Source: Acidobacteriota bacterium
GTDB taxonomy: Bacteria; Acidobacteriota; UBA890; WLXD01
Length of the DNA: 64,000 bases
Assembly (NCBI GenBank): GCA_963666215.2
Contig: CAXWPL010000001.1
Coordinates: 672,001 to 736,000, forward strand
Direction: 5' to 3'
The stretch's first letter is position 1; each line of letters starts with the position of its first letter. Below are positions 41,882 through 51,597 of this stretch, one piece after another. Position numbers and translations under genes: made by a program. The notes under the pieces were generated by a model. The model saw only the letters and a list, made by a program, of their open reading frames with translations, did not search any database and was not told the origin of the DNA.

Positions 41882-42886
41882 ATGCGCCCTGCCGTCTCTT
41901 CCAGCGCCCGCGTCGCGCCCAGCCGGCGCCATGACGATGGGTCCGCGGTGTCGAGGGCCACGGGCGTCGCCACGGCCGCGATCGCCGTTCTCGGGGCGAT
42001 CACGATCTCCCTAGCCGTCGAACCGCTAGGGGCCGAGGCCGCACAATCCAGTCGTGCGGTATCGAGAACCGAGCGGGCGGTCAAGTACATCTCTGACAAC
42101 CGACCGACCGAAGCGCTCAAGGAACTCGACCTGGCGATCGAGGACGACCCGGAGTATTGGGAGGCCCACTATCAGCGCGGTCGCTTGCTGGGCCAGATGC
42201 AGCGCATGGACGAAGCGTTGCCGTCGCTGCTTCGCGCAACCGAGCTCAACCCTGCGATGGCGCACGCACACGAGCTGGCTGCGATCGCCGCCTGGGAGAC
42301 CGACGAGTACGAGGTTGCCTGGGATCAGGTGATCCAGGCGCATCTCGGCGGCGCTCAGGTCGAAGAGCGTATCCAGCGTATGGCCGGAGTGCGCCCTCCA
42401 CCCGACGACTTCATGGAGCGGATCACCGCGCCGCGCGGGTTCGTTCTACCGCTCGACCTGGAGGAAATCCAGACTCGCGCCGAGCTCCCGTTCGACCGCA
42501 ATGCGCAGGTCCGTGACGACGAGAACCGCAGCGGAATCCCGGAAAACATCCTCGGGCGAGACCTGGCCATCGAGACCGCCGCCGAGCAGGTCGACGTGCT
42601 CACGGCCTTCAGTAACGCGCTCGCCGACTCCCGCGTGTACGGCGTCGTTTCCGACCCGCGACTGGCGGAGTACATGCTGCGCATCTCCGTCGACGAGCTC
42701 GCCGAGCGCCCACCGCGCCGCATGGAGGGCTTTCTCGACCTGGTCGGCCGGGAAAGCGGGATCTCGGGCTACCGCACCGCCTTCACGTTCCGCGACATCG
42801 GCTCCAAAGGAGTTCTTCGCGGCGAGATCGCGCGCCTCGTGGACGACATGGGGGATTGGCTGCGTAAGCTGCGCGCTTCTCAATAG
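41882..42886 (+). CDS. Exported TPR protein with a C-terminal alpha/beta domain
   Basis: SD ggagg; hydrophobic signal segment; TPRs DPEYWEAHYQRG and LNPAMAHAH. Confidence 0.75.
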   Translation: MRPAVSSSARVAPSRRHDDGSAVSRATGVATAAIAVLGAITISLAVEPLGAEAAQSSRAVSRTERAVKYISDNRPTEALKELDLAIEDDPEYWEAHYQRGRLLGQMQRMDEALPSLLRATELNPAMAHAHELAAIAAWETDEYEVAWDQVIQAHLGGAQVEERIQRMAGVRPPPDDFMERITAPRGFVLPLDLEEIQTRAELPFDRNAQVRDDENRSGIPENILGRDLAIETAAEQVDVLTAFSNALADSRVYGVVSDPRLAEYMLRISVDELAERPPRRMEGFLDLVGRESGISGYRTAFTFRDIGSKGVLRGEIARLVDDMGDWLRKLRASQ

Positions 42887-42938
42887 TAGGGCGCTGGCGA
42901 CGGTTGCTGGAGGGCGCGAGGGCGCGCTGCAGAGAGCC

Positions 42939-43232
42939 TCACGCCTGCGGCCCCGCGTCGTCCGAATCGGTTTCAACCGTGTACTCGACCGCGATGATGT
43001 CGGGACGCGACCTCGTGGCCTTCGTCGCGGCGCCCGTTGAGGCCACGCGGCGGCCTCTCCGCCGTAGCCACTGCACTCGAATCAATCCCACAACGAGCAA
43101 CACCGCGCCGACCACCAGGAAAACGGAAAACAGAAAGCCGGCGAGTACCAGCAGCACGATCCCGACGAGCGTCGCCATCAGGCGTCCGGCGAGCCCCCTC
43201 GGAGCGAAGGTGACAACGCGGGCGTCGGTCAC
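42939..43232 (-). CDS. Small two-TM hypothetical membrane protein
   Basis: SD ggagg before GTG; long hydrophobic stretch; C-terminal IIAVEYTVE motif. Confidence 0.55.
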   Translation of the reverse strand: MTDARVVTFAPRGLAGRLMATLVGIVLLVLAGFLFSVFLVVGAVLLVVGLIRVQWLRRRGRRVASTGAATKATRSRPDIIAVEYTVETDSDDAGPQA

Positions 43233-43460
43233 CGCGCCGCCTCCGTATGCTGTTTTCGAAGCTGGTCCATACCGACAGTCTACTGCCGTCAAGCGCCCGC
43301 GTAACGGCAATCGGAGGTTCGCGGCCGTGCAGTTCGACGACCGCGTGGTGTCCCCAGAGACGCGCGTCGTCGATGCCGACCCGACTCAGACCAGATGGCG
43401 ATGTCACCTAGAATCAGCCGATCACGATGAACTGCACCCTCACCCGGAGCCCAGACGACA

Positions 43461-44363
43461 ATGATCGACGCACTGCGCACTCCCGAGGAAAGCTTCATCG
43501 ACATCCCCGACTTCGATTGGGCGCCCAACTACGTCGACGACCTTCCGGGGTACGAGGGGCTGCGTATGCACCTCATCGATGAGGGCCCACCGCTCGCCGA
43601 GAACGTCTTTCTCTGTCTGCACGGCGAGCCGACTTGGAGCTTCCTCTATCGAAAGATGATTGCGGTCTTTCTCGAGGCCGGCGGCCGGGTTGTGGCTCCC
43701 GACTTCTTCGGCTTTGGCCGCTCCGACAAGCCGGTGGACGACGCCGTTTACACGTTCGACTTCCATCGCGACGCGCTGATCGCGTTGCTCGAGCAGCGTC
43801 AGCTGCAGAGCATGACCCTGGTGTGCCAGGACTGGGGCGGCCTCATTGGTCTGACCTTGCCGATGGACATGCGCGATCGTTTCGATCGCATGATCGTCAT
43901 GAACACAACGCTCGGAACCGGCGACGTGCCGTTGCCCGCGAGTTTCCACGCCTGGCGTCAATACGTGCGCGACAACCCCGACTTCAACATCACATCGCTC
44001 ATGAAAAGAGCCTGCCCCACGTTGACCGAGCGCGAGCTCGCCGCCTACGAAGCGCCGTTTCCAGACACTCGATACTGCGCTGGCGTGCGGCGGTTTCCCG
44101 CCATCGTTCCGGCGCATCCCGACGATCCCGGCGCCGCGGTTTCGCGTCGTGCCCGCGACTTCTTGTCGTCGACGTGGTCGGGGGCGACATTCATGGCAGT
44201 GGGAGCCCAGGACCCGGTGCTGGGAGAGCCCGTCATGCGCGCGCTCCATTCGATGATCAACGGCTGCTCCGAGCCGCTCGTGATCGACGAAGCCGGCCAT
44301 TTCGCGCAAGAGCATGGCGACGTGATCGCCGCCAAAGCGCTCGAGTACTTCGCCGACCTCTGA
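43461..44363 (+). CDS. Haloalkane dehalogenase (DhlA/DhmA-like)
   Basis: LHGEPTWS, GFGRSDKP, QDWGG nucleophile elbow, AYEAPFP, EAGHFAQE. Confidence 0.9.
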   Translation: MIDALRTPEESFIDIPDFDWAPNYVDDLPGYEGLRMHLIDEGPPLAENVFLCLHGEPTWSFLYRKMIAVFLEAGGRVVAPDFFGFGRSDKPVDDAVYTFDFHRDALIALLEQRQLQSMTLVCQDWGGLIGLTLPMDMRDRFDRMIVMNTTLGTGDVPLPASFHAWRQYVRDNPDFNITSLMKRACPTLTERELAAYEAPFPDTRYCAGVRRFPAIVPAHPDDPGAAVSRRARDFLSSTWSGATFMAVGAQDPVLGEPVMRALHSMINGCSEPLVIDEAGHFAQEHGDVIAAKALEYFADL

Positions 44364-44510
44364 CGGTTGGCGGCCGCAGCTTGTCCGCGAGCCTCCGAGC
44401 GTTCGCCGTGGAATTCACATAGCCCGTGGCCGTCTCACTGGGGTAGGGGACCCCTGGGAGGGTTGAGTTCCGCAACCGGGGTCAACCGGGTCTTCTCTCT
44501 CGATCTCAGA

Positions 44511-44544
44511 TGACTATAGGAATTGACCATGGTCGTGATAGATT
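44511..44544 (+). promoter_or_regulatory. Toxin-antitoxin operator repeats and -10 box
   Basis: TGACTATAGG and TGACCATGGTC (palindromic) in tandem; TAGATT lies 6 nt before ATG. Confidence 0.6.
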
Positions 44545-44550
44545 CACGTC

Positions 44551-44844
44551 ATGGAAAAGATGGCGATCTCGGAGTTCAAGGCGACCTGCCTGGCGGTTCT
44601 GGAGCGGGTTCGTCGCACCGGCCAGCCGCTGCTGGTTACGCGGCGCGGTGAGCCGGTGGCTCAGGTAGTACCGCCGCCCGTCGACGTGGGTCCCGAGAGC
44701 GTCTTCGGATGCATGGCCGGGACGATTGAGCTTCTCGGCGACATCGTCGGGCCGGCGCTCGATCCGAGCGACTGGGAGGTTTTGCACGATCCGGACGCCG
44801 TACTCGATCCCGAGGTCCGCCGGTCGCTCGATTCCGAATCGTGA
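44551..44844 (+). CDS. Phd/YefM-family antitoxin
   Basis: ISEFKATCLAVLERV..TGQPLLVTRRGEPVAQVVP. Confidence 0.9.
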   Translation: MEKMAISEFKATCLAVLERVRRTGQPLLVTRRGEPVAQVVPPPVDVGPESVFGCMAGTIELLGDIVGPALDPSDWEVLHDPDAVLDPEVRRSLDSES

Positions 44845-44851
44845 GCGGTGC

Positions 44852-45241
44852 GTGAGGGGCTACCTGCTCGATACTCATGTTTGGTGCTGGTACGTAACGG
44901 GCTCCGATCGACTGGCCGACGCGCACCGGCGGAGAATCGAGGATGCGCCCGCCGAGTGCTGGTTATCGCCGATCTCGTGCTGGGAGCTCGGTCTGCTCGT
45001 CTCCAAAGGTCGCCTGCGTGTTGATCGTCCGTTCGTCGATTGGCTCGCCGCCGCGCGTCGCCTATTCCCTGTGCAGGAAGCGGCGCTGAACATCGAAGTC
45101 GCCGCGGCCTCGCTCGCCATCGGGCTGCCCCACCAAGACCCCGCCGATCGGTTCCTGGCGGCCACGGCCCAGGTGTTCGAACTCATCCTGCTGACCAGCG
45201 ATCGCCACCTGCTCGAAGCCGCGGGTGTCGAAACGCTCTAG
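44852..45241 (+). CDS. vapC: VapC PIN-domain toxin
   Basis: LLDTHVW, SPISCWE, HQDPADRFL, LLTSD. Confidence 0.9.
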   Translation: MRGYLLDTHVWCWYVTGSDRLADAHRRRIEDAPAECWLSPISCWELGLLVSKGRLRVDRPFVDWLAAARRLFPVQEAALNIEVAAASLAIGLPHQDPADRFLAATAQVFELILLTSDRHLLEAAGVETL

Positions 45242-45317
45242 CTACCGCGGGCCAGCGGGCACTCCAGCCGGCAGGAGACGGCCCCGCTTCCGCGCAAGAA
45301 TGGCGTCGACGTCGCGC

Positions 45318-46559
45318 TCATCCCGCTTCTCTCCAGATCGTCGCGAGGCGTCGAATGCCCTCGCGGATCAGTGTCGGCTCGGTGGCGAAGCTGAGGCGGA
45401 AATGGCCGCTGGCGCTTCTGCCGCTTTCGGTGTCGAACCCGAACGCGCTGCCGGGGATGAGGACGACGCCGGCCTCGTCGCGGGCGCGCAGGCAGAAAGT
45501 CATCGCGTCGCTCCCTGATCCAACGGAATTCAGGTGGGGCAGGGGCAGCCAGGAGTAGAAGCCGCCGTCCGGCTCGATGGGCGCGACATCCGGTAGGTGC
45601 TCGGCCATCGCTTCGCGGAGTGCCGACCATCGCACCCGGAGCTGGCGGCGTCCTTCTTCGAGCACCGGCTCGCCGGCGCGCAGAAGAGCAGTTGCTGCGC
45701 GTTGCGACGGGGTTGCGGCCGCGATGACCGTGAAGCCCTGGACGACGCGGGCCGGCTGCAGCCAGCGGGGATCGCCGACGCACCAGCCGATGCGAAGGCC
45801 AGGGGCCGCCCATGCTTTGCTGAGCGATTCTACGACTACGCCGAGGCCTGTTTCTCGCAGGCTCGGCTGAGGCTGACCTATCGTCAGCTCGCGGTAGACC
45901 TCATCGGAGATCAGCAGCAAGCTGCGCTCTTCGCAGGCTTCCGCCACGCGCCGGAGCTGGTTGGTGGTTGCGCCACCACCGGTAGGGTTCGACGGGTGAT
46001 TCAGGACAACCACTTTCAGTCGCTCGGTGTCGAGCCGGGAGATGATTTCGTCGGCGTCGAGTCGGTAGTTGACACGCCCATCGAAATTCGTCGCGACCAG
46101 TGGGTAGGGGATCGGTTCGGCGTCGCACAGGCGAGCTAGCGTCGGGTAGGCGACGAAGCCGGGGTCGGGCACCAGGACGCGGTCGCCGATGCCGAGCCAC
46201 GCGGTGAAGAGGTTGGCGAACGCACCCTCGGCGCCACAGGTTACGAATACTTCTGCGTGTGTCACTCGATGGCGTTCGGCGAGCGCGTCGCGAATCTCTT
46301 CGAGTCCGGCGTGAGGGCTGTATCCGCAGTTTCCAGAGCCCTGCCCGACGAGAGCTTGCCAGCCGACCTCAGCCATGGGCCAGCCGGGCTGCCCAAGGCC
46401 GAGCGGGATGGCGCCAGGAGGTGCTCCCTCACTTATGGTGCGTATCGGCGAGGTCTCGATGCCTCGAAGACGTCCCGCGACCGGCATTGCACCGACAGGT
46501 TTTGTCTGGTGGGTCGCTTGATCGGTTCCGGGTCCGGTCGGTGCCGTGGTCGGGTTCAT
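45318..46559 (-). CDS. Class I/II PLP aminotransferase, probable DapC role
   Basis: NHPSNPTG, SDEVY, SLSKAWAAPGLRIGW; translationally coupled to dapD. Confidence 0.8.
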   Translation of the reverse strand: MNPTTAPTGPGTDQATHQTKPVGAMPVAGRLRGIETSPIRTISEGAPPGAIPLGLGQPGWPMAEVGWQALVGQGSGNCGYSPHAGLEEIRDALAERHRVTHAEVFVTCGAEGAFANLFTAWLGIGDRVLVPDPGFVAYPTLARLCDAEPIPYPLVATNFDGRVNYRLDADEIISRLDTERLKVVVLNHPSNPTGGGATTNQLRRVAEACEERSLLLISDEVYRELTIGQPQPSLRETGLGVVVESLSKAWAAPGLRIGWCVGDPRWLQPARVVQGFTVIAAATPSQRAATALLRAGEPVLEEGRRQLRVRWSALREAMAEHLPDVAPIEPDGGFYSWLPLPHLNSVGSGSDAMTFCLRARDEAGVVLIPGSAFGFDTESGRSASGHFRLSFATEPTLIREGIRRLATIWREAG

Positions 46560-47371
46560 CGGAGAGCGCCTTCGAGTGCGGTGGCCGCGTCGGTGCTTTG
46601 GTCGCGGTATTTGACGATTACGGGGGCCGATAGCTGCAGGCCGTGGTCGCGCGCATAGTCGCCGCGCGCCGGCCTCGATCCAGGAACCACGACCGCGTTG
46701 GCGGGCACCTCGTGGCGTATCTCGTGGCCGTTGACGAGATCGAAGATCACGGTCGAGCCGGTGAGCGTGACACCGGGCGCGAGCACCGCGCCAGCGCGCA
46801 CAACGACTCCCTCGAAGATGCCGCAGAGGGCGCCGATGAAAGCGCCATCTTCCACCACGACCGGCAGCGCGCCGGCGGGTTCGAGCACGCCGCCGATTTG
46901 CGCTCCGGCCGACAGGTGAACGCGTGCGCCGACCTGGGCGCACGAGCCGACCAGGGCGTGGCTGTCGACCATCGTCGCGTCGCCGACCCAGGCCCCGACG
47001 TTGATGTACGCGGGCGGCATGACCACGACGTTCGCACCGAGCCGCACCCCACGGCGGATGCTCGAACCGCCGGGCACGAGGCGAACACCGTCGCTGAGCT
47101 GAAGCGCGCGGGCGGGATAGCTCGCCTTGTCGATGTAGTCGAACCCCGGCCCCGGCATCGCTGCGGTTTCGCCGCGCCGGAAGCCGATCAGAATCGCGCG
47201 CTTCACCCAGGTGTTGGCGCTCCAGTTGCCGGCTGCGTTGGGCTCGGCGGCCCGAACGTCGCCGGCCTCGAGAGCGGCCAACAGGGCTTCGTGGGCCGCG
47301 GGCCAGTTGGCATCAACGGCGAGCTCGCCGTCGTCGCGCTCGTAAAAAGCTTGAAGCTCCCCGACGGTCAT
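46556..47371 (-). CDS. dapD: Tetrahydrodipicolinate N-succinyltransferase
   Basis: WVKRAILIGFR, PAYINVGAWV, MVDSHALVGSCAQVG, IGGVLEP. Confidence 0.93.
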   Translation of the reverse strand: MTVGELQAFYERDDGELAVDANWPAAHEALLAALEAGDVRAAEPNAAGNWSANTWVKRAILIGFRRGETAAMPGPGFDYIDKASYPARALQLSDGVRLVPGGSSIRRGVRLGANVVVMPPAYINVGAWVGDATMVDSHALVGSCAQVGARVHLSAGAQIGGVLEPAGALPVVVEDGAFIGALCGIFEGVVVRAGAVLAPGVTLTGSTVIFDLVNGHEIRHEVPANAVVVPGSRPARGDYARDHGLQLSAPVIVKYRDQSTDAATALEGALR

Positions 47372-47481
47372 CTCGTTGTTTCCGCACCTCGTGATTGGGT
47401 CATGCGCCAGGTCGGTGATCGCGCTGTTTCGCAGCCTCCAATACTCCGATCTGGGGACGCCGCGATCTAGCCCGAATGTTG

Positions 47482-48372
47482 CTAGCTCGAGCCAAGTGCG
47501 CCGAGACTCTCGAGCGCGTCCCTGACACCGCGTCGCGTCGACTCACTCGCCGGCGCCAGTGGCGCGCGCACCACCTCGGTCGCCAACCCGAGCATCGCGA
47601 GGCCGGCCTTGAGCGGGATCGGATTCGACTCGGCGAACAGTGCGTCCATGAGCGGCAGCAAGCGGTGGAACGTGCTCCGGGCAGTGCCGACATCGCTCCG
47701 TCGGGCTGCGTCGACCATGACCTTGGTGGGCGCAGGAAGCAGATTGCCGACCACCGACACGAGGCCCGCGGCGCCAACGGCGATCGCCGCAACCGCCATG
47801 TTGTCGTCACCCGCCAGCAAACCTTTTCCCGCGGGCAGCGTGCGAGCGATCTCGGCGATCTGCGGCAGGTCGCCCGACGACTCCTTCACCGCCACCACCT
47901 GGGGGTTGTCCCAGAGCCGGGTGAGTGTCAACGGTGCGAGGTTGAGCCCTGTGCGACCCGGAACGTTGTAGACGATCAGCGGCAGGTCGGGGGCCGCAGC
48001 GGCCACCGCTTCGTAGTGCCGTACGAGGCCATCCGGCGTTGGTTTGTTGTAGTAGGGCGTCACCACGAGCGCGCCGGCGGCACCGAGGTCGGCGGCGCGC
48101 CGCGTCATCTCCACCGCTTGCGCAGTGGCGTTGTGCCCGGTTCCCACCACCACGGGTTGACCTTCGGCGGCCTCGATGCAGGCTCGAATCGCGATATCGC
48201 GTTCGCCGGCGGTCAAGACGGCGGCCTCGCCGGTCGAGCCGAGGGCGACCAGGAAGTCCACCTCGCCTGCCACGACGTGCGAAACGAGTCTCTGATAGGC
48301 ATCGATATCGAGCTCGCCGTGCTGGGTGAAGGGCGTCGCGAGCGCTACGGCGAGGCCAGTGAAAATGCTCAT
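47482..48372 (-). CDS. dapA: 4-hydroxy-tetrahydrodipicolinate synthase
   Basis: GSTGE, TPYYNKP, YNVPGRTG, VKESSG, ESNPIPLK. Confidence 0.95.
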   Translation of the reverse strand: MSIFTGLAVALATPFTQHGELDIDAYQRLVSHVVAGEVDFLVALGSTGEAAVLTAGERDIAIRACIEAAEGQPVVVGTGHNATAQAVEMTRRAADLGAAGALVVTPYYNKPTPDGLVRHYEAVAAAAPDLPLIVYNVPGRTGLNLAPLTLTRLWDNPQVVAVKESSGDLPQIAEIARTLPAGKGLLAGDDNMAVAAIAVGAAGLVSVVGNLLPAPTKVMVDAARRSDVGTARSTFHRLLPLMDALFAESNPIPLKAGLAMLGLATEVVRAPLAPASESTRRGVRDALESLGALGSS

Positions 48373-48388
48373 GCTTGTTTCCTGTTTC

Positions 48389-49153
48389 CTACAGGGGCGG
48401 GAAGGAGAACAAGGGATTCAGAAGGTCGGCAACAACAGAATCGAAGGGGTGCACGCCCGTCCGGTCGTGGATCCAGCGCGCTGCCACCAATGCTCCCACA
48501 CCGAAGGCTGCCCGCGAGTGTGCCTGGTGGGTGATCTCGATCTTTTCTTCAGTGCCGTCGACCCCCACAGTATGAAGGCCGAACTCCGAGCCGGCGCGCA
48601 GCGACGCCACGGCCAGTTGATCGGGTCTGACGTTGCCTTCGACGAGGTGCCACTCGCGCTTGCGTGGGCATGCCGCGAGGACCGCCTCGGCGAGCTGGAT
48701 GGCGGTTCCGGAGGGAGCATCGATCTTGGCGGCGTGGTGATGTTCGAAGACGTAGGGGTCGCGCGTCTCGTCGAGTGCCGCGAAGCCACCGAGCACGTGC
48801 GCGATCCGCCGCGTCAACGCCGCTCCGATCGAGAGATTCGGCGCCACTACTACGCCGATGCGATCGCCAACACGCTGCTCCAGGTCGTCGAGGGTCCATC
48901 CGGTAACCCCGATCACCAGCGGCGTTCGGTCTTCGATCGCCCAGTCCACATGCGCGCCTACCCCGGCGGCCACCGATGCGTCGATGGCGACGTCCACGGC
49001 ATTGGCATCGTCACCGGGCGCCTCTGGGTTTTCGTCGCGACCCATTTGCCAGACAACCGAGCCAACGCTGCGCTCGGCGATGCACGTCACGATCGCCGAC
49101 GCCAAACGCCCGCGGCCGAAGAGGCCGATACGCAGCCCGGAATCGTCGGTCAC
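48389..49153 (-). CDS. dapB: 4-hydroxy-tetrahydrodipicolinate reductase
   Basis: VIGVTGW, APNLSIG, EHHHAAKIDAPSGTA, HSRAAFGVGA. Confidence 0.9.
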   Translation of the reverse strand: MTDDSGLRIGLFGRGRLASAIVTCIAERSVGSVVWQMGRDENPEAPGDDANAVDVAIDASVAAGVGAHVDWAIEDRTPLVIGVTGWTLDDLEQRVGDRIGVVVAPNLSIGAALTRRIAHVLGGFAALDETRDPYVFEHHHAAKIDAPSGTAIQLAEAVLAACPRKREWHLVEGNVRPDQLAVASLRAGSEFGLHTVGVDGTEEKIEITHQAHSRAAFGVGALVAARWIHDRTGVHPFDSVVADLLNPLFSFPPL

Positions 49154-50352
49154 GAGGCGTTCCGGAGGAAATGGAGGGCGAGTCGGCGGTTGAGATCGAT
49201 GCCGGCCCAGAGGTCGGCGAACGAGAGGTGTTCCTCCTCGGTATGGGCGACGTCGATGCTCCCCGGTCCCGCCAGCACTACGGTTCCTGAGCCAGCCGCG
49301 GCTGCAGACCCCGGCGTGGCCGCCCTCGCCAACGCTGCCAGCACGGGCGCGTCGGAGCCGAACGGCACGGTGCCACGAGCGAAGCCGTGGATCTCGGAAA
49401 ATCGCACGGCCTCGCGTTGCAGCAGCACCTCAGTCTCGCCGCCAGGCGGTGCCAGCGCTCGAACCCTTGTTTCGATTGTCGAGCCCTGGAGCACGCGACA
49501 GAACAGCTCGGCCTCAGCCGCGTCGGGAACGACGTTCGGTGCGGTCCCACCCTCGATGCGTGAAAGATTGCAGGACTCCTCGCCAAGCTCCGCATCCGAC
49601 GCCCATTCCAACGATTCGATCGCGGCCAGCCAGGCGACGAGATCCTCGATGGCGTTGTGTCCGTTTTCGGGAGTCGAGGAATGCGCTGCCCTGCCGCAGG
49701 TTCTGAGTCGGAGGTGGAGAATCCCACGCTGGCCGGTTGCCAGCAGGAGGTCGGTGGGTTCACCCACGACGACGGCAGCGCACTCCGGCAGGCGCGATTT
49801 CAGAGTCAGCGCGGCGGCGGCCCCATCGCTGTGAGTTTCTTCGCCGACCACTCCGAGCCATCCCACGTCAGATTCGCCCGCGGCCAGCAGCGTCTCGATT
49901 GCACCGAGCTGCGCCACGATCTGACCCTTGGCATCGCACGCCCCGCGGCCGAAGACGGCGCCTGGCACCAGTTGAACGCCGCTCGCCTCGCTAGCGCTTC
50001 CCGGTATTCGGCATTCAAGCCATTCATCGTCAACGCGACACTCGAGCGCCGGCGGCACAGTGTCGAAATGCGTCGCGAACAGAACGCGCGGTGACCCCCA
50101 ACAGGCGAGAACGTTGGTTCGATCGGGAGCCACTTCTTGAAGGTGCACGTCGGCGCCGAGCTCTTCGAGCCAGTCGATGAGCTTCGGGAGTCCTCGATCT
50201 TCGTGCCCGGTTACCGTGTCGTCCCTGCAGAAATCGGCAAGTCGACATCCGAGACGCCTCACGAACCGCGTGGCCGGGATCTCGTTCGAGCGAAGGTCGA
50301 CGCCATCACGAATACTGTCTTGCAGGCGCGATTCCGGGCCGGACGAGAGCAT
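49150..50352 (-). CDS. M20 amidohydrolase (ArgE/DapE family), probable desuccinylase
   Basis: THFDTVP, GRGACDAKG, VGEE, GEPT, AHSS, GPGSIDVAHTEEE. Confidence 0.85.
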   Translation of the reverse strand: MLSSGPESRLQDSIRDGVDLRSNEIPATRFVRRLGCRLADFCRDDTVTGHEDRGLPKLIDWLEELGADVHLQEVAPDRTNVLACWGSPRVLFATHFDTVPPALECRVDDEWLECRIPGSASEASGVQLVPGAVFGRGACDAKGQIVAQLGAIETLLAAGESDVGWLGVVGEETHSDGAAAALTLKSRLPECAAVVVGEPTDLLLATGQRGILHLRLRTCGRAAHSSTPENGHNAIEDLVAWLAAIESLEWASDAELGEESCNLSRIEGGTAPNVVPDAAEAELFCRVLQGSTIETRVRALAPPGGETEVLLQREAVRFSEIHGFARGTVPFGSDAPVLAALARAATPGSAAAAGSGTVVLAGPGSIDVAHTEEEHLSFADLWAGIDLNRRLALHFLRNAS

Positions 50353-50419
50353 GGGAGGAAGCTACCACGCACCTGCGTTCCGGTCCTGGCACTATCCGCA
50401 GCCGATATGAGCCTGGAGC

Positions 50420-51596
50420 ACCACGGCACCAGGTTGGGCTCGAGGCGGTCGATCCGCGTGGGCGGGAGGCTGTAATCGGAGTACGCGTAGAAGCCGAGCA
50501 GCGAGCGCGGGCGTCGTCGCGCCACGCGGCGCGCAACGTCGTTGGCCAGGTCGACGAACCGATTCGAAAAGCTGACGCGGCCGCTCGAAGGCTCGATGGC
50601 GCTCGGGTCGTCCAGCCGAGTGCTTTCTGGACTGAAGTCAAACGCCAGCCCGTCGGGGGGTGACAACGACGCCGGCTCTCCTGGCTCGAGGCGCGTGATC
50701 ATTCGGCGGGCAAGCTCGGCGCGCATCTCGGGATTGGCGCTGTTGAGCCAGCGGCCACGCACCCGTTCGCCGCGGTCGTTCATGGCGAACCAGTCGGGGT
50801 GCTCGTCGAAGTCGTCCTCGGTGATTTCTCGCCACGAGTGGCTCGCAACCATCGGAACGCCGCCGGCGCCGTTCCAGCGTTTCCACGGCGTGGAATCGGC
50901 CCAGCCGCCGGATCCCCAGATCCTGCGGTGAGCGAACCCCGGACGGTCGGTGATTGTCATCGGCTCGATCGCCAGCGTTTCGAGGTCGGGGTGCACTCGG
51001 CCGAGGTCTCCCTCCATGAACCATCGACAGCCAAGCTCCTCCAGCAGTATGGCCACCGCTCTCGATAGCGCCTGTGGAGACTGAGCACCGATCAAGACGC
51101 GGTCGGGCTCGACAACCACCCTGACAGCGTCGTTCGACCTGCTGCTGACATCGCCGAGCTCGAGACCGGCATCGGCGGCTCGACTGCCTATGTAAATCTG
51201 CATGCCCGCACCGGGAGCTTCGGCAATCGGCAGCTGTGCACCCGTCATCAGGCCGATCCACTGCTGCAGCAACTGAGCGGCGTGCTTCTCGTGGATACCG
51301 CTCTCAGAGCGACCGGCGTCGGGTCCGATGACGATGGTCGCGGTCGCCTTTCGGTTTCGAACCACAACGGCCGCATCGCCGTCGCCGGGTCGAACAGTGG
51401 GTCTCGCGAAGTGCAGCTGCGGATCGGGTCGATAGTCGGGCGCCGCCGCCGCGCCGACGAAGTCTGATTGGCGCGAGCCTAGGGTTGCGACGCACGCTGC
51501 TATCGTGCCAGCGACCACGAGCGTGGCGGTTGTGCCGAGAGCGCGGAGATCGCCACCACGAGCGGAGCGGACTCGGGCCCACGCGTTGGTTGCCAC
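50420..51596 (-). pseudogene. DUF4838-like / GH67-GH20 N-domain exported protein, apparently truncated at the C-terminus
   Basis: AAQLLQQWIGLMTGAQLPI, LEELGCRWF, HPDWFAM, SLSPPDG, FYAYSDY; similarity stops after PNLVPW where the dap promoter begins. Confidence 0.6.
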
Positions 51597-51597
51597 G

